A stretch of 64,000 bases of DNA from Octopus vulgaris (taxonomy: Eukaryota): positions 27,590,001 to 27,654,000 of the forward strand of contig OX597825.1 of the NCBI GenBank assembly GCA_951406725.2, given 5' to 3'. The notes under the pieces are model-generated. The model had not been told where the DNA came from. It saw only the letters and a program-made list of their open reading frames with translations, and searched no databases. The position numbers and the translations under genes are program-made. Positions 1-12,300 of this stretch are shown in pieces (the stretch's first letter is position 1; each line of letters starts with the position of its first letter).

Positions 1-271
1 GTATGTAAAAGGACCATTTAAGGCGAATTCAAAATATTACATTATATAATTAGGGCTTAGTAAAATAAATTACTTTGATAGTACAATTGTTTCATACAAA
101 GAATTGTATGAAACAATTGTACTAAAAACTAATCCATTCTTGTTGCTTCTTTCTCGTTTATAATCACCCCACATTACCGTATGGTTAACACCATATAGTT
201 TTCTGGTGCATCTAAGTTAAGTACCACATTCAAGTAAATTCATTGGAATTGACTTGAATCATAATTGCTTT

Positions 272-273
<2 letters not shown>

Positions 274-347
<74 letters not shown>
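274..347. repeat. (TA)n microsatellite
   Basis: Pure TA run. It is one of many TA/CA/TACA/GATA tracts (others near 4300, 5090, 5570, 5940, 15280, 16850, 24680, 26730, 43590, 49150) that produce the spurious YIYI ORFs. Confidence 0.98.
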
Positions 348-352
<5 letters not shown>

Positions 353-956
353 CATATATGTATATATGTATATGTATAAATATATATATACATATATATA
401 AATTTATATAGATAAGGATAAAATCGTTTTTTAAAATACCGATCTTATGTGGATAGCATGGGAATAAAAAACTCATAGCAAAGAATTATTAAAATTATAA
501 TTAAGTTATTATTAAAATTATAATCAAGTTTTTGCTGCTATATCTAGCTTGCTGCTATCTTGTAGATACTCTTAATTATAATCTATATGAATATATATGT
601 ATATATATACATACACATACATATGTGTGTACACATTAAAATACATGAAGATATATATTAGTATATCACGCGGTGTATCTGTGTATAAACACACACACGC
701 ACACACACAAGCCCACAAATTCTCTCATGCATGCAAAAACAAAAATATGCTTTGAGTTATGATCATAAATATTCACAGTTTTAAATATGGAGAAGTAAAA
801 TATAAACAATCAACAAACAGTGAGTCTCTTTACAGTCGTTACCAAATCTGACACTTCCTAAATACAATAAAATGTCTAAAAGTGTGCAACAAGTGTTTGA
901 AATAAATAGATTATAAAGGGAAAAAAACAAATGTCTACTATTTCCTATCAAGCAAA

Positions 957-1159
957 TAATGGTTTCAAGTTTAGGCACGAGGCCTGCAATTCCGGGAATG
1001 GAGTAAGTAAATTACGTCGACCCCAGCGTTGTACTGGTATGTAAATTATTGACTCCCAAAAGATGAAAGGCCGAATTTGAACTCAGAATGTAAAGACGGT
1101 CGAAATGCTGCTAAGCATAGTTTTCAACGTGCTAACGATTGTACTAGCTCGACGCCTTC
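957..1159 (-). mobile_element. tRNA-derived SINE, family A (degenerate)
   Basis: Reverse complement matches the intact copy at 42126 (AAGGCG..GAGCTGGCAGA..CGTTAGCACG...GTTCTGAGTTCAAATTC...CTTTCATC...CTGGGGTCGA). Confidence 0.85.
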
Positions 1160-1269
1160 AATATTCGCAATGTTAACATTTCGACTAATATCTGTGTGTC
1201 TGATCAGTCAATTTATAAAGCACTGTCACGTGCGATGGATAATGTAGCATATATATATTAATGGTTGTG

Positions 1270-1572
1270 TGACGACTATTGGCCTCTGGTTAGAGTATTG
1301 CACTTACTATCGCGAAATCGTAGTTTCAAATTCCGGGGCCATTTGGTATCTTCTGTCCTTGAACAAAAAACATGATATCAGGTTGCTTTGTTATCACTTG
1401 TCACCTGATATGTGATACACCGTACATTTGTTGAGACAACGTCAGTTTCATGGAAGAAGTGAGCTAGTGTAAAGAACAAACTTCAGATACCATAAAGAAT
1501 CCATTTTTGCAGGAAGTTCAACAAGTAAGAGCAGAACCGTCTTTCTTGTAGTGCGGAAGACTACCATCATCA
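1270..1572 (+). mobile_element. Old tRNA-derived SINE with CORE-like segment
   Basis: A-box-like TGGCCTCTGGTTAG, B-box-like GTTTCAAATTCC, then CORE-like TGTCCTTGAACAAAA and a CATCATC tail. Confidence 0.55.
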
Positions 1573-3149
1573 ATGTAATGACGGCTCGTATTCCATTTCC
1601 AGAATTGAAATAATGATTGAGTAATAAACTATAAAATTGTCAATAAACGCAAATAATATGGCAGAAAATCATCATCAAGACAATGCTTTAGTGTTTATAT
1701 AGGATATGATCTCATTCATTAACGTTTTAAATTCTATAAGAAAGAAATTCCGTTTCTAAATACAGGTTGGGTGTTGATGTGTTTCAGGTATTACAACATT
1801 TAATTCGGTAACTATGACTATTTCACCAACAACTGCTGGTCATCATTTGTGAATTTTAGGTAAGTATATAATCTACATAATCAACCACAGTATTTCATTG
1901 TGTATAACATATACGTCACCAGCAGCATGAATTGTGAGGTGAATTTCAGGATGCTTTGAACATAACACATATGGTTAGTTAACTACACCCTGAAAGGCAT
2001 TTCATGCAACATTGTATTGATTCTCTCATCTACCAGAAATTCTTTCTATTATAATTGAAATTTCTCACTTTGGGACAAAACTACGCATTTTCAATTCGTG
2101 GATAAAGTAAATTAAATCGACTTCCACTATTTGATATTTTCTTACTTGAAACTGTAGAGATAGAATGAAGCATTCAGTCGCCCTGCTGGGCTTTCGATTT
2201 AGTATGTAAAGGGGCAACAGCGAATAACTCTGTAATGTTGTGCTAAATATTCTAAAATTTTAGTTCTACATATCATTTTACACTGTGATTAAAAAAGAAA
2301 ATTCTTGTAAAATGTGCGGTCCTTTTCCCGCTCGTTTTCCTTCTTGATTTCAACTATCTAATAAGTGATACACATGGTCTCTGAGTCGTGAAAAGAGTGG
2401 TTCGTTATTCAAATATTCAGATTTGTTATTACTGAATCTTACGTTGTAGAACTGACACGCTACCTCAGATGTACTGAAGACTTCATATTTTACCACTTCC
2501 TTGGAAATTATATCCACACCAGTATTTGATATATTATTTTATCAAACATGGCTAATTGAAATATGAAGTTGATCACGGAGTAGGAATATAAATAATCGCA
2601 GTGTTAACGCTAAACATTTTGTGTGCAGCAGTTTTTTTTTTTAATATCAGCTATTCAACACTAGATGAATGATTAGATTAATCTATAATGTAAAAGATAC
2701 TGCAAATGATGGAGATCAAATATTAAATGGATTTGCAAAGTAGATAAACGGCGAGTGCAGATGTTTTAGCCTTCATGCTAAAACCCTTTACATGTGACGG
2801 TGGTTTAGAAAAAGTGCGGGCTAAAACTACGCGCCTTCACTGGTCAGTTAAAGTGAGACAGTGTCACGTGTCAACTTGCTGGGGATGCCTGCTGGAGCCT
2901 ATGCGGCAGGTATTTTAAGGAAAAAATTTGACAAGACAGTCAGTCACCGGCCGACACTCGCTGACGATACATCGAAGAGGCCAGGGAACAGAAGAAAGAA
3001 GAAGAAAGAAGACAAGCACCCAACACCAGAGCTGAAGACACCTCCGAAAGCGGGGCCCCGCCACGTCAAAATGGTAGAGAAGTAGGGGCCGAAACCGGAC
3101 GTGGTTTCTCCTGATGATGTCTTGAGCTAACTGGATCCTATAAAGGAGC

Positions 3150-3500
3150 TGTTGTGGTACTTAATTTATCGATACTGAAAGGATTAGAGGTACAGTCGAC
3201 CTCGGCGGAATTTCAACGCAGAACGTAGTGACAGGCGAAATGACGCGAAGTATTTCGTCCGGCGCCCTAACAATTCTGCCAGCTCGTCGACTTGTACATG
3301 AATATATAACACGATGTTGTTAATACTGGATTCAAACTTTAGCAGAAGACCAGCATTTTCTGGGGAGGGAGTAAGTCGACTGCATCGACCCCGTTGTTCA
3401 AGTGGTACTTATTTTATGAACTCCGAAAAGATGAAAAGCTAAGTTGACCTCGACGGATTTCGGACTCAGGACGAAACAACGTCAAGTATTTTACCCGAGG
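3150..3500 (-). mobile_element. Two adjacent family-A SINE copies
   Basis: Two passes through AGTCGACCTCGGCGGAATTT / AGTTGACCTCGACGGATTT (about 3150-3295 and 3322-3500), homologous to the 42126 copy. Confidence 0.8.
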
Positions 3501-3504
3501 TCTT

Positions 3505-3703
3505 CACGATTCTACCGTCTTCACAATTCCACAATCCCACCACCTTCACGATTCTACCAGCTCATCGCCTACACGATTCTACCAGCTCACCGCCTTCACG
3601 ATTCTACCAGCTCATCGCAAACACGATTCTACCAGCTCACTATCTACACGATTCTACCTGCTCCTAACCTTCCTGATTCCACTAACTAATCGCCTTCACG
3701 ATT
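3505..3703. repeat. 25-bp minisatellite (about 7.5 units) derived from a SINE 5' head
   Basis: Units such as CACGATTCTACCAGCTCACCGCCTT start at 3522, 3547, 3572, 3597, 3622, 3647 and 3672, with no spacers. Confidence 0.9.
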
Positions 3704-4318
3704 GTCTTAATATTCCTGTACAACTTGTTGTATGAGAGTGTAATAATAGTAAAAGAACAGCATATAAGGGTGTAGAAAAATATGAAATTAGAAGTTCTGC
3801 ATAAAGAGATAACGACTTAAAAATTCACTCCGTTGGCAGATGTTATAGTTCACACGGATAATACTTAATATTTCGTTTCAAGACACATTATATACTACTA
3901 GACTCATTATAACTTGCAATAGATCAGACATTCTTAGCTGGTTATCGTAATTCTACTACAACGTTCGGACACTCAATAATATTCGACACAACAGACATTG
4001 AAAGCTAGAAATAAAAAAGACTAACCACAATATACAGTATAAATCTCGGTTGAGCAGCATGGCCACAACGTATGTTGTTAGAGCCAAGTATGTAACCAAG
4101 GAACATAAATATTAAAGAAAATCGGTCAATATCAAGTGAAAAACGAATTCAATATTGAAATTTAGAAAGTTCGCTCTCACCTTTGATCACAGGAAACAGA
4201 ACAGTTCACAAGGAATTGGGTTTAATAAAATTAGCGTTTATTTATTTTTTTCATCTTTTACACAGGTAATATATATAAACACATACGAATACACACACTA
4301 CACACACACACCTATGTG

Positions 4319-4375
<57 letters not shown>

Positions 4376-4954
4376 GTGTATGTATATATATCTATATTCA
4401 TATATGTGCATATATATGTATATGTATATATATATACATATATGTGTGTGTGCGTGAGTGTGTGTACATATTGAATGGCTACTGTACAACGGAAAGAAAA
4501 GTCGAAAACCAATCTTGCTATAATTAATATTATTGATATGATTAATAATATAAAATGCGTCTTAGGGCCCGGAATTGGCAAAAAGTCTGAAGCAGCGAAC
4601 TAAATAACAGATAAATAATAATATTTTTTCATTAGACACAATGCTAAGAATATATTTTTTTTTATCATAAAAGAAAACAGCCGACTGAATAGAATGGCAA
4701 ATTATATTATCGAGCTGAAGGCGAGAAAGGGAAAAATGTGTGACTTCAAATACGATTTTATATTCAGAATGTAAAAGTGGATTTTGTCACATGTACATAC
4801 ATATATACATACATGCATACGTACGTCCATACCTACATGCATGCATACATACATACATACATACATATATACATACAGATCGCCATGTTGATTCACTAGC
4901 TTCTGCACGCATTTTTTTCTCTCCTTGTCTCTCTCCGTGTTTCTTTTCTGTGTA

Positions 4955-4992
4955 TCTTTCTGTTGAAGAGCGTAGGCTCGAAACGTAAAAGA
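4955..4992 (+). ncRNA. Minimal type I hammerhead-like motif (A6U core variant) in a PLE-type terminal repeat
   Basis: Stem I UCUUU/AAAGA; core CUGUUGA plus an extra A; stem II GAGC-GUAG-GCUC; GAAA; palindromic stem III ACGU; cleavage triplet GUA. Confidence 0.65.
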
Positions 4993-5694
4993 CTTGTTTT
5001 ATTTATATTCCTGAGCGCCATACTAATACAGTGGTTTGTTTGTATTCCACCTGTCTTCGACTTTTGTTTATTTTCATAAAGCTTCCCGTTATATACATAC
5101 ATACATACATACATACATACATACATACATACATACATACATACATACATACATGCATACATGCGTACATACATACACAGGTATATGAACGTAATCGCAC
5201 AAGAATCTCTGAATTGGATTTTTTTTCCTGTTATCTTCTTGGCCAAAAGTCTCTACATCTTCGTAGCTACTTCTCCGAATCCTTCGTCAACGTGGGATTG
5301 AAGCATAAAGGAAATATCCGAAACAATGATGGTAATCTCAAAATACCTTTATATTTCATGTCAGAAACTGAACCTCCATGATTGAGAGATATAACTCTTT
5401 GATGACAAAAGAATTTACAATTTTCTTCCTACTTCCTGGTACTGCTTATCTTATGATTTGACTTTAAAGAAAATTGTCTGATATTCTCGAATTCGCTTTT
5501 TCAGAGTTGGTTTGAAAATGTTGTTTTCGTTATCATACAAAATTAAATAATGATTTGACGCTTAAAGGATTATGTATGTATGTATGTATGTATGTATGTA
5601 TGTATGTATGTATGTATGTATGTATGTATGTATGTATGTATGCATGTATGCATTATGTACTTATGCATTATGTAAGTAGGTAAGTATGTATGCA

Positions 5695-5910
5695 TTGTGG
5701 CCAGTGCCCCCTGACTGGCTCCTATGCCGGTGGCACATAAAAAGCATCCACTACACTCTGGGAGTGGTTGCCGTTAAGAAGGTCATGGAGCTGAAGAAAC
5801 ATTACCAGATCAGATTAGAGCCAGGCGATGTCGCTGGCTCTCCAGTCCTCACTCAAACCGTCCATGGAAAACGGACGTTAAATGATGATCATGTTGATGA
5901 TGATGATGAT
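5695..5910 (+). mobile_element. 3' fragment of a SINE/LINE ending in a (GAT)n tail
   Basis: Non-microsatellite block ending CATGGAAAACGGACGTTAAATGATGAT, a retroposon-type 3' end. Confidence 0.55.
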
Positions 5911-5977
5911 GTATGTGTGAATACGTACATACATAAATGCATACATATATATATATATACATATATATACATGTATG

Positions 5978-6014
<37 letters not shown>

Positions 6015-6019
6015 GTATT

Positions 6020-6114
<95 letters not shown>

Positions 6115-6785
6115 ATATGTATATATATATAGAGAGAGAGATAGATACATAGATATACACAGAAACAGACAGAGACTGGGCAGTAAATAGACCACCTAAA
6201 CAAGGCGCCAGAGGCGCCTTGTTCAGGTGGTCTGCATCGTTCATAGACTTTTAATTTTAAAAGGCTATTTACTTTTTTCCAAAGGGTAAATATTCATATG
6301 TGTATGCAAACTGCCATTCCTCCAATGCAATTCTGATTATATGTAATAAAAAAATATCTGAAATTCATCTTTTATATGCATTGCAAGGAGAATAAAAACA
6401 ATCCGTTTAGCAACACGCACGTTTTTGATTACTTTGAATGAATGAGATGCACATCTCATATGCCAATTAATTTTATTGAAGCTTTCAGAATATTTTCACT
6501 ATTGTTAGCATTTGAAAGGACCTAGGCTGTACACAAAATCTTCTTCGCATTCACACTGTTTACAGAAGGCTCAATATCCATATTTACAAGCAGATCTGCA
6601 TTATTAATGGACTGATATTAAGAGGAATTTTGTGTTAGAGAGACCTCCCAATTAGGGTTGTGTATTAATATAAACGTATCCTTGAAAAAAATAATATTTG
6701 ACGACAATATATTATACATAGTTCAGTTTTACTTGTTTTGTGTATTCATTATAAATCGTTATACAGGTGTATATAATTATGTATA

Positions 6786-7861
6786 CAGTCATGGCAGAAG
6801 TATATTGACACTACATAAAACATCGTTTTGCGTTTATTTTAACTTGAAGAGGATTGTATTTTTTTATTACTTGACATTTTTATGTCTCAGGTTTATATGT
6901 GTCTGCTTAATTATGCCATATATAAAAGAGGCATCGGAACTGTCCGAATTTCAAAGAGCCCATATTGTGGGTCAATCTGAAGTTTGACCTAGTCAGATAA
7001 AAATCGCAGAAACCCAGAAAGAAGGAGTCCACATCATCTCGCCCAGATCGGCCAGAACCTCCTGACAGGAATCTTCACTTCGTTAAGAGGATAATCCTCA
7101 ATGCAAGGCCCCTGACGTAGCAGAACAAGTTGATATCAATCCTAGTGCAGCTGTCGGGTATCTCCAAAAATTAACGACTAAGGCAGAGCAGCAAGAAGGA
7201 GGCTACTTCTTCGACAAGCCTACATCAAGCGTAGGAATCATCGGGCTGCTGAGATGGTCACTAGCATTTTGGGACACTGTCATATTCTCTAATGAATCCA
7301 GAATTGCTCTATTTTCTGACAGTGGTCGAGTGTGTCTCTCTGGGGACTTTATGATAAAGAATTTGACATGGAAAGATTTCAGCCAACAGTGAAACTCGGC
7401 AGCTATTCTGTGATGTCTAGGGGGCAGTGTAAAGCAATGGTCGATAAGAGCTGGTGGAGTGTGAAGTAAACCTAATAAACTCAGATGAATATCTATCCAT
7501 ATTGCAGAAAGGACTCCTTCCAATCTTCTCCAATGGTCAAATGAGTAAAGACTTTTCATGGAAGATGTGGTCCTTATAACGTCGCTAAAAAGACCCAAGA
7601 TTAGTTGAAAGGGAATGGCATTAAACGGCTACCATGGCCCAGCCAGTCACCAGATATGAATTCTATTGAATGCTTCTGGGGAATAATGGACAGATCACTT
7701 CATAAAAAGAACAGGAAAGCATCACCAAACCCAAATCGTTTGTGATTACTCCATGAAATTTGGCAATAAATTCCTCAAGAGAAGATTTGTCATCTGATCA
7801 GAACATGTCTAACAGGGTTCTTGCATTGAAAAATGCAAAGGGTATGTCTAGTAAATATTAG
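6786..7861 (+). mobile_element. Decayed Tc1-family DNA transposon (transposase pseudogene 6913-7861)
   Basis: TA|CAGTC 5' end. Motifs ELSEFQRAHIVG, WDTVIFSNES (catalytic D->N), FMED, WPSQSPDMNSIE and C-terminal NAKGMSSKY*. Multiple stops and frameshifts. Confidence 0.9.
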
Positions 7862-8115
7862 ATATTCACATTATAGTAATTAGAAAATAACTTGCTTCTA
7901 TAATTTCAGATTTAAATACATTTTATCGATTATAAGGAACCGCAAAAGGAACGCAAGACGTGTGTGACTGTGAAATATGTTTTAATTTCAGAGATACATT
8001 TTGATAAATCTGATAAATCAATTTCTTTCATTCACTTTGACTACAATCTATGGGTCGTTGTCATGTGTTCTGGTAGTGGGTAGATCCAGCACACTGAGTG
8101 TGGAGCATGACATGA

Positions 8116-8632
8116 TCAATAACGTGTATGCCCTTCCTGGGTGTTCAAAATGGCCATACATCATCGGTACACGAAGTCCATGAGGTGGTTAAAAAAGACT
8201 TTGGCACCTGTGCCCACACCCCGAGGAAATCCACCTCCAGTTCCATACAAATTGTCTGTCTTGGGAGCCCCTGGTTCAGCTGTCTCTTGGTTTCATTTCA
8301 CAATGGTTTAATCGGGTCCATATCCTGGCTATTAGCCGACCACGACATGATTCTCATGTTGTGCTGACGCAGGAAGTTCATGGTGACGCTGGCCGTGTGC
8401 GAGGGAGCATTGCCCTGCTGGAACACGTGGCCATGGTGCTGCGCGAAGAAGGGCACAGTATGAGGTCTTAGGACCTGGTCAACGCAGCTCTGCACTGTCA
8501 TGCCATTCCCTCTGTCTCAAGCCACATTTTGGAAAGCATGGAGCCCAGTTTTATCATTCAGGCCTATAACACCCCAAAGTATGATGGTTTGGCCACCCAC
8601 ACGTCTCTCTCCATGACACATGCGGCTCTGTA
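8116..8632 (-). pseudogene. Second Tc1-family transposase remnant (C-terminal half)
   Basis: GGQTIILWGVIG, VDQVLRPHTVPFF..VFQQGNAPSHTA, WSANSQDMDPIKPL and C-terminal QEGHTRY*. Confidence 0.88.
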
Positions 8633-9864
8633 GTTCAAGCGAACTGCTAACCGTTTGTTTTCTTGGTAGAGTTTCAGCAATGGTGTCCTGTAATTTGCAT
8701 TAGCTTCTTTGCCAAGCGGGGAGGTCACGTTCTACAATAACTAACCTACGTGTTTTATCAATTCAGATAATATTTCGTACCCTCTAATTTACATACATCC
8801 AATTTTCTAACGGTAGTGTACATTTACTTTCAAGTAAACAGAATTTACTTCTAGGCCATGGATAGATCGTTTATCGAGAACTAGACACCCGGTGATGATA
8901 TAGTCGTTTGTGTCTTTAAGTTGGTTGCATAGTTTAGATTTAACATTAGCCTTTTGCTTTATTATCGTTTTCGGAAGGTTTTTGCGTATATTTATTTTTT
9001 GTGAAGTTACAATCATCCTTTTCGTTGTCCCCATTAGTGCGGAACTTTTGTTTACTCTCGTATTGACAGAGGTAGTCTGCCAACTCTTGCAGAATACTAA
9101 CCATGATAGATTTTTGTCTTCCTTCGTTTAATATTATTGTCACTTTGCTTTGATTTTTAACGAGCTTTGTTTAACATTTCTGTTATTTTGTCTTTATCTA
9201 ACTCCTTCTCCAACGGTTTTATTAGCTTCTAGTTTATACAACGTTATGTTGTTATGTGTACATGAATCTGTTGGTTCTTTGATTCGCTAAGCTTGTTAAT
9301 TGACAGTCCCAGTCAGAACAAAAAAATATAGAGGGCAGGGAAAAGGAAAATGATTGTTGACAGAAACAGAATCTATGAGAAATTCATTCACTAATGTGGA
9401 TAACACTGGTTTTTCATCATCTAACACTTTTCCTGCATTGTTATCGATATTTCCTACTTTGAATTGATTTGATTGATAAACTGACGTTGTATTGGTACTG
9501 GTTTGCTTATCAACGGTAGCTTTTCTTGTCTATCCAGGATTTCAGAAAATTGAATTAGATATTGGTTCACCGATCAGTGGCACCTGACATAACTGTGTAT
9601 GTTTATAAGTTCGCTTCGTAACTACTTTACTCTGGATTGGATCTCCCTGTACACACATTTTACAACTGAATTATATCAGTTAAGAACATTCTAAATTTCG
9701 CGGCTTGTATCTAACACTCCCATGGAGAATATTCTTCGTGGTTAGACAGGAACTTTTAAAGTTTAACACAAACACCTGTCTCAGAGTTTACTCTAATGCA
9801 CACATTCGAGTGACCAAGTCACATACAAGGCCAATTATTGGTTTTAACTTAGCATCTAAGTTTC

Positions 9865-9916
<52 letters not shown>

Positions 9917-10374
9917 TATCTATCTATCTATCTATCTATCTCACTGCCAGAGCATTGATAATTTACCAGTATTTTAATGTTAGTACTTCAAGTGATTCAC
10001 GTTTTTCCTAATTCCCACAACATTCTATTATATTTGCACTTTTGTGTAAGAAGTATTTTGCAGTATTACTTTTCAATCCTCAAACACATAACTTACAGCA
10101 CATCCCTTATTTTCCTTGATCACGAGATCAATATAATCTTAATTCTTTTATCGTTTTACGATTCCTAGAGCAATTCGCGCTTGTGGTTTTTATTGCATCT
10201 TTTGTAAATGCCTCCATACTAAACGGTTGCTTGAATAACGTTTTACTCCTGGTTACTTTCGACCTCATTATGAGTAGCCTCCAGTAAAAAAATCTCGACC
10301 TGTTTCCTTTGTCTTCACCTCCGCCCCTCTTCTTGTTGTTCTCAGCATCAACATCGTCGGCATAATAATCATTT

Positions 10375-10800
10375 TAATAATAATGGTAATAATAATAATA
10401 ATAATAATGATAATAATAATAATAACAACAACTTAGGCGGTCTCCGTGAATTTCAACTCAAAGTGTAAAGGAGAACGAATGTTCACGATTCTCTCAGATT
10501 GCTGCATACTTAATGATGATGATGATGGTGGTGGTGGTGGTGGTGCTGGTAGTGGTTGTCGTGGTGGTGATGGTGGTGGTACTGGTAGTGATGATGATGA
10601 GGATGATGATGATGATGATGAGAAGAAGAAGAAGAAGAAGAAGAAGAAGAAGAAGAAGATGATGAAGAAGAAGAAGAAGAAGAAGAAGAAGAGGATGAAG
10701 AAGAAGAAGAAGAAGAAGAAGAAGAAGAAGAAGAAGAAGAAGAAGAAGAAGAAGAAGAAGAAGAAGAAGAAGAAGAAGAAGAAGAAGAAGAAGAAGAAGA
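10375..10800. repeat. Compound trinucleotide tract: (AAT)n, (GAT/GGT)n, (GAA)n
   Basis: Direct reading; (GAA)n spans about 10620-10800. Confidence 0.97.
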
Positions 10801-11214
10801 ATTTAGGGAGGTTTCTGACTTGCAGGGAAAAAGGAAGGGTGAACCAGATAATATCCCATTTTCTCACCAAATTGTTCCTACTTTGCCCAGTATTGTCATT
10901 ATTATAATAATGGTGCCGCTTCTTATGCTCGGGGTGGAGGTATTCAAGTGATGTGTGTAGATCTTTAATTTTGCAATAATTGTAATAATTAGTAAACCTT
11001 TACCTAATTTATTTTCAAATATTGTATCCTTTATATAATATATTTTCCTATTGAATCCACTCTCCGTTAATGCTGTGTCAAAGAAGGATGCAAAGTTATA
11101 ATTTTTTTTCCCTCGCAGAGAAGTTAGAGATTCTTATCGACACACCTTTGACTACTCCATTAATAACACTTTGGGGATGATTTGATAAAGCGTGAATATA
11201 CTTAATGGTTTTAT

Positions 11215-11315
11215 TATAAAGAAAAATTCCGGGGCTCGATTTGCTCGACTAAAGGCAATGCTCCAGCATGGCTGCAGTCAAATGATTGAAACAAATAGAA
11301 AAATAAAAGAAAAAA
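11215..11315 (+). mobile_element. 3' fragment of SINE family C followed by (GATA)n
   Basis: GATTTGCTCGACTAAAGGCAATGCTCCAGCATGGCTGCAGTCAAATGATTGAAAC matches the 3' ends of the 30846 and 31975 copies. Confidence 0.85.
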
Positions 11316-11344
11316 TATATTATACAAGAGAGACAGAGGGAGAA

Positions 11345-11418
<74 letters not shown>

Positions 11419-12088
11419 TGATAGACAGACGCAAACATACATCAATTTAATTACTATAAGCTTTATGTTATATTGTCCCAAGGACATTCAAAATAGCCAT
11501 TTCAGTCGTCAACAATTGTTAATAAGAAACCAACTGAAGCGCAAGCATTTCTGCATGCACACCCATCATGAGGAACATGAATGTAAATTGCGTAATTTAC
11601 GGTCTATTGCATTTTGTAACTTGCATGTGTAGTGTTATGAGCCGTTAAAAAGTAGCTAATTGACATTTTTTTTTAAATGTTCTACGTAATGAGAATATTT
11701 AAGTAGAGAATGCTTGTGAGTGCACCGGAGATAAAAGATTTGATCGGTTTGTGAGTAGGCCAAAGATAACTGAATGCCTAAACGTCTACCGCAATTCAAT
11801 TGTGTAGATGTTCAGGTTCTCTGCTCTGTAAGTACATATATCACGTAGGCGAGCTTTTCATTTGTCCTTTTAGGATATATAAATTAGACAAGACCTTTAC
11901 TACGGTGATTTCGTTTCTTCCCCTCTCTCTCCATCTGTCTCTCTCTCTCTCATTATCTCTTTCTCATTATCTCTTTCTCATTCTCTCTCTGACTCTCTCT
12001 CTGCTACTATCTGTCATCTAGGTTTGTCTATTTCCCTTCTATTGTCAAAGAAACAGGCCATGTTCGAACCAAGACGTTGAGTGTCACA

Positions 12089-12300
12089 TCTATTATAGAA
12101 AACCCGTTCTGTCTGTCTGTGTGTGTGTCTTCTAGGATTTCGGACATCCTCCATCCGATGGCGCTCAAATTTGATATGTAGATACCGACGGTATCAGCGC
12201 GTGTATAATTCCTGAAAAAATTACAAAAATCGATTCCAGGTGAGAATGCGATCGATAAAGTGAATAAAATCGTTTTTCTTTGGAATAGAAAAAAAATCTA
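12089..12300 (+). mobile_element. Possible 5' end of a non-autonomous Helitron
   Basis: A|TCTATTATAGAAAA followed by (CTGT)n and CATCCGATGGCGCTCAAATTTG, resembling invertebrate Helitron 5' ends. No convincing hairpin-plus-CTAG 3' end found. Confidence 0.4.

Noticed and set aside
3505-3703. CRISPR-like regular repeat
   Set aside because: Head-to-tail units without spacers, derived from a SINE head; eukaryotic context and no cas genes.
6350-6600. Possible hAT transposase C-terminal remnant (minus strand)
   Set aside because: Only a vague resemblance; no diagnostic ERxFS motif.
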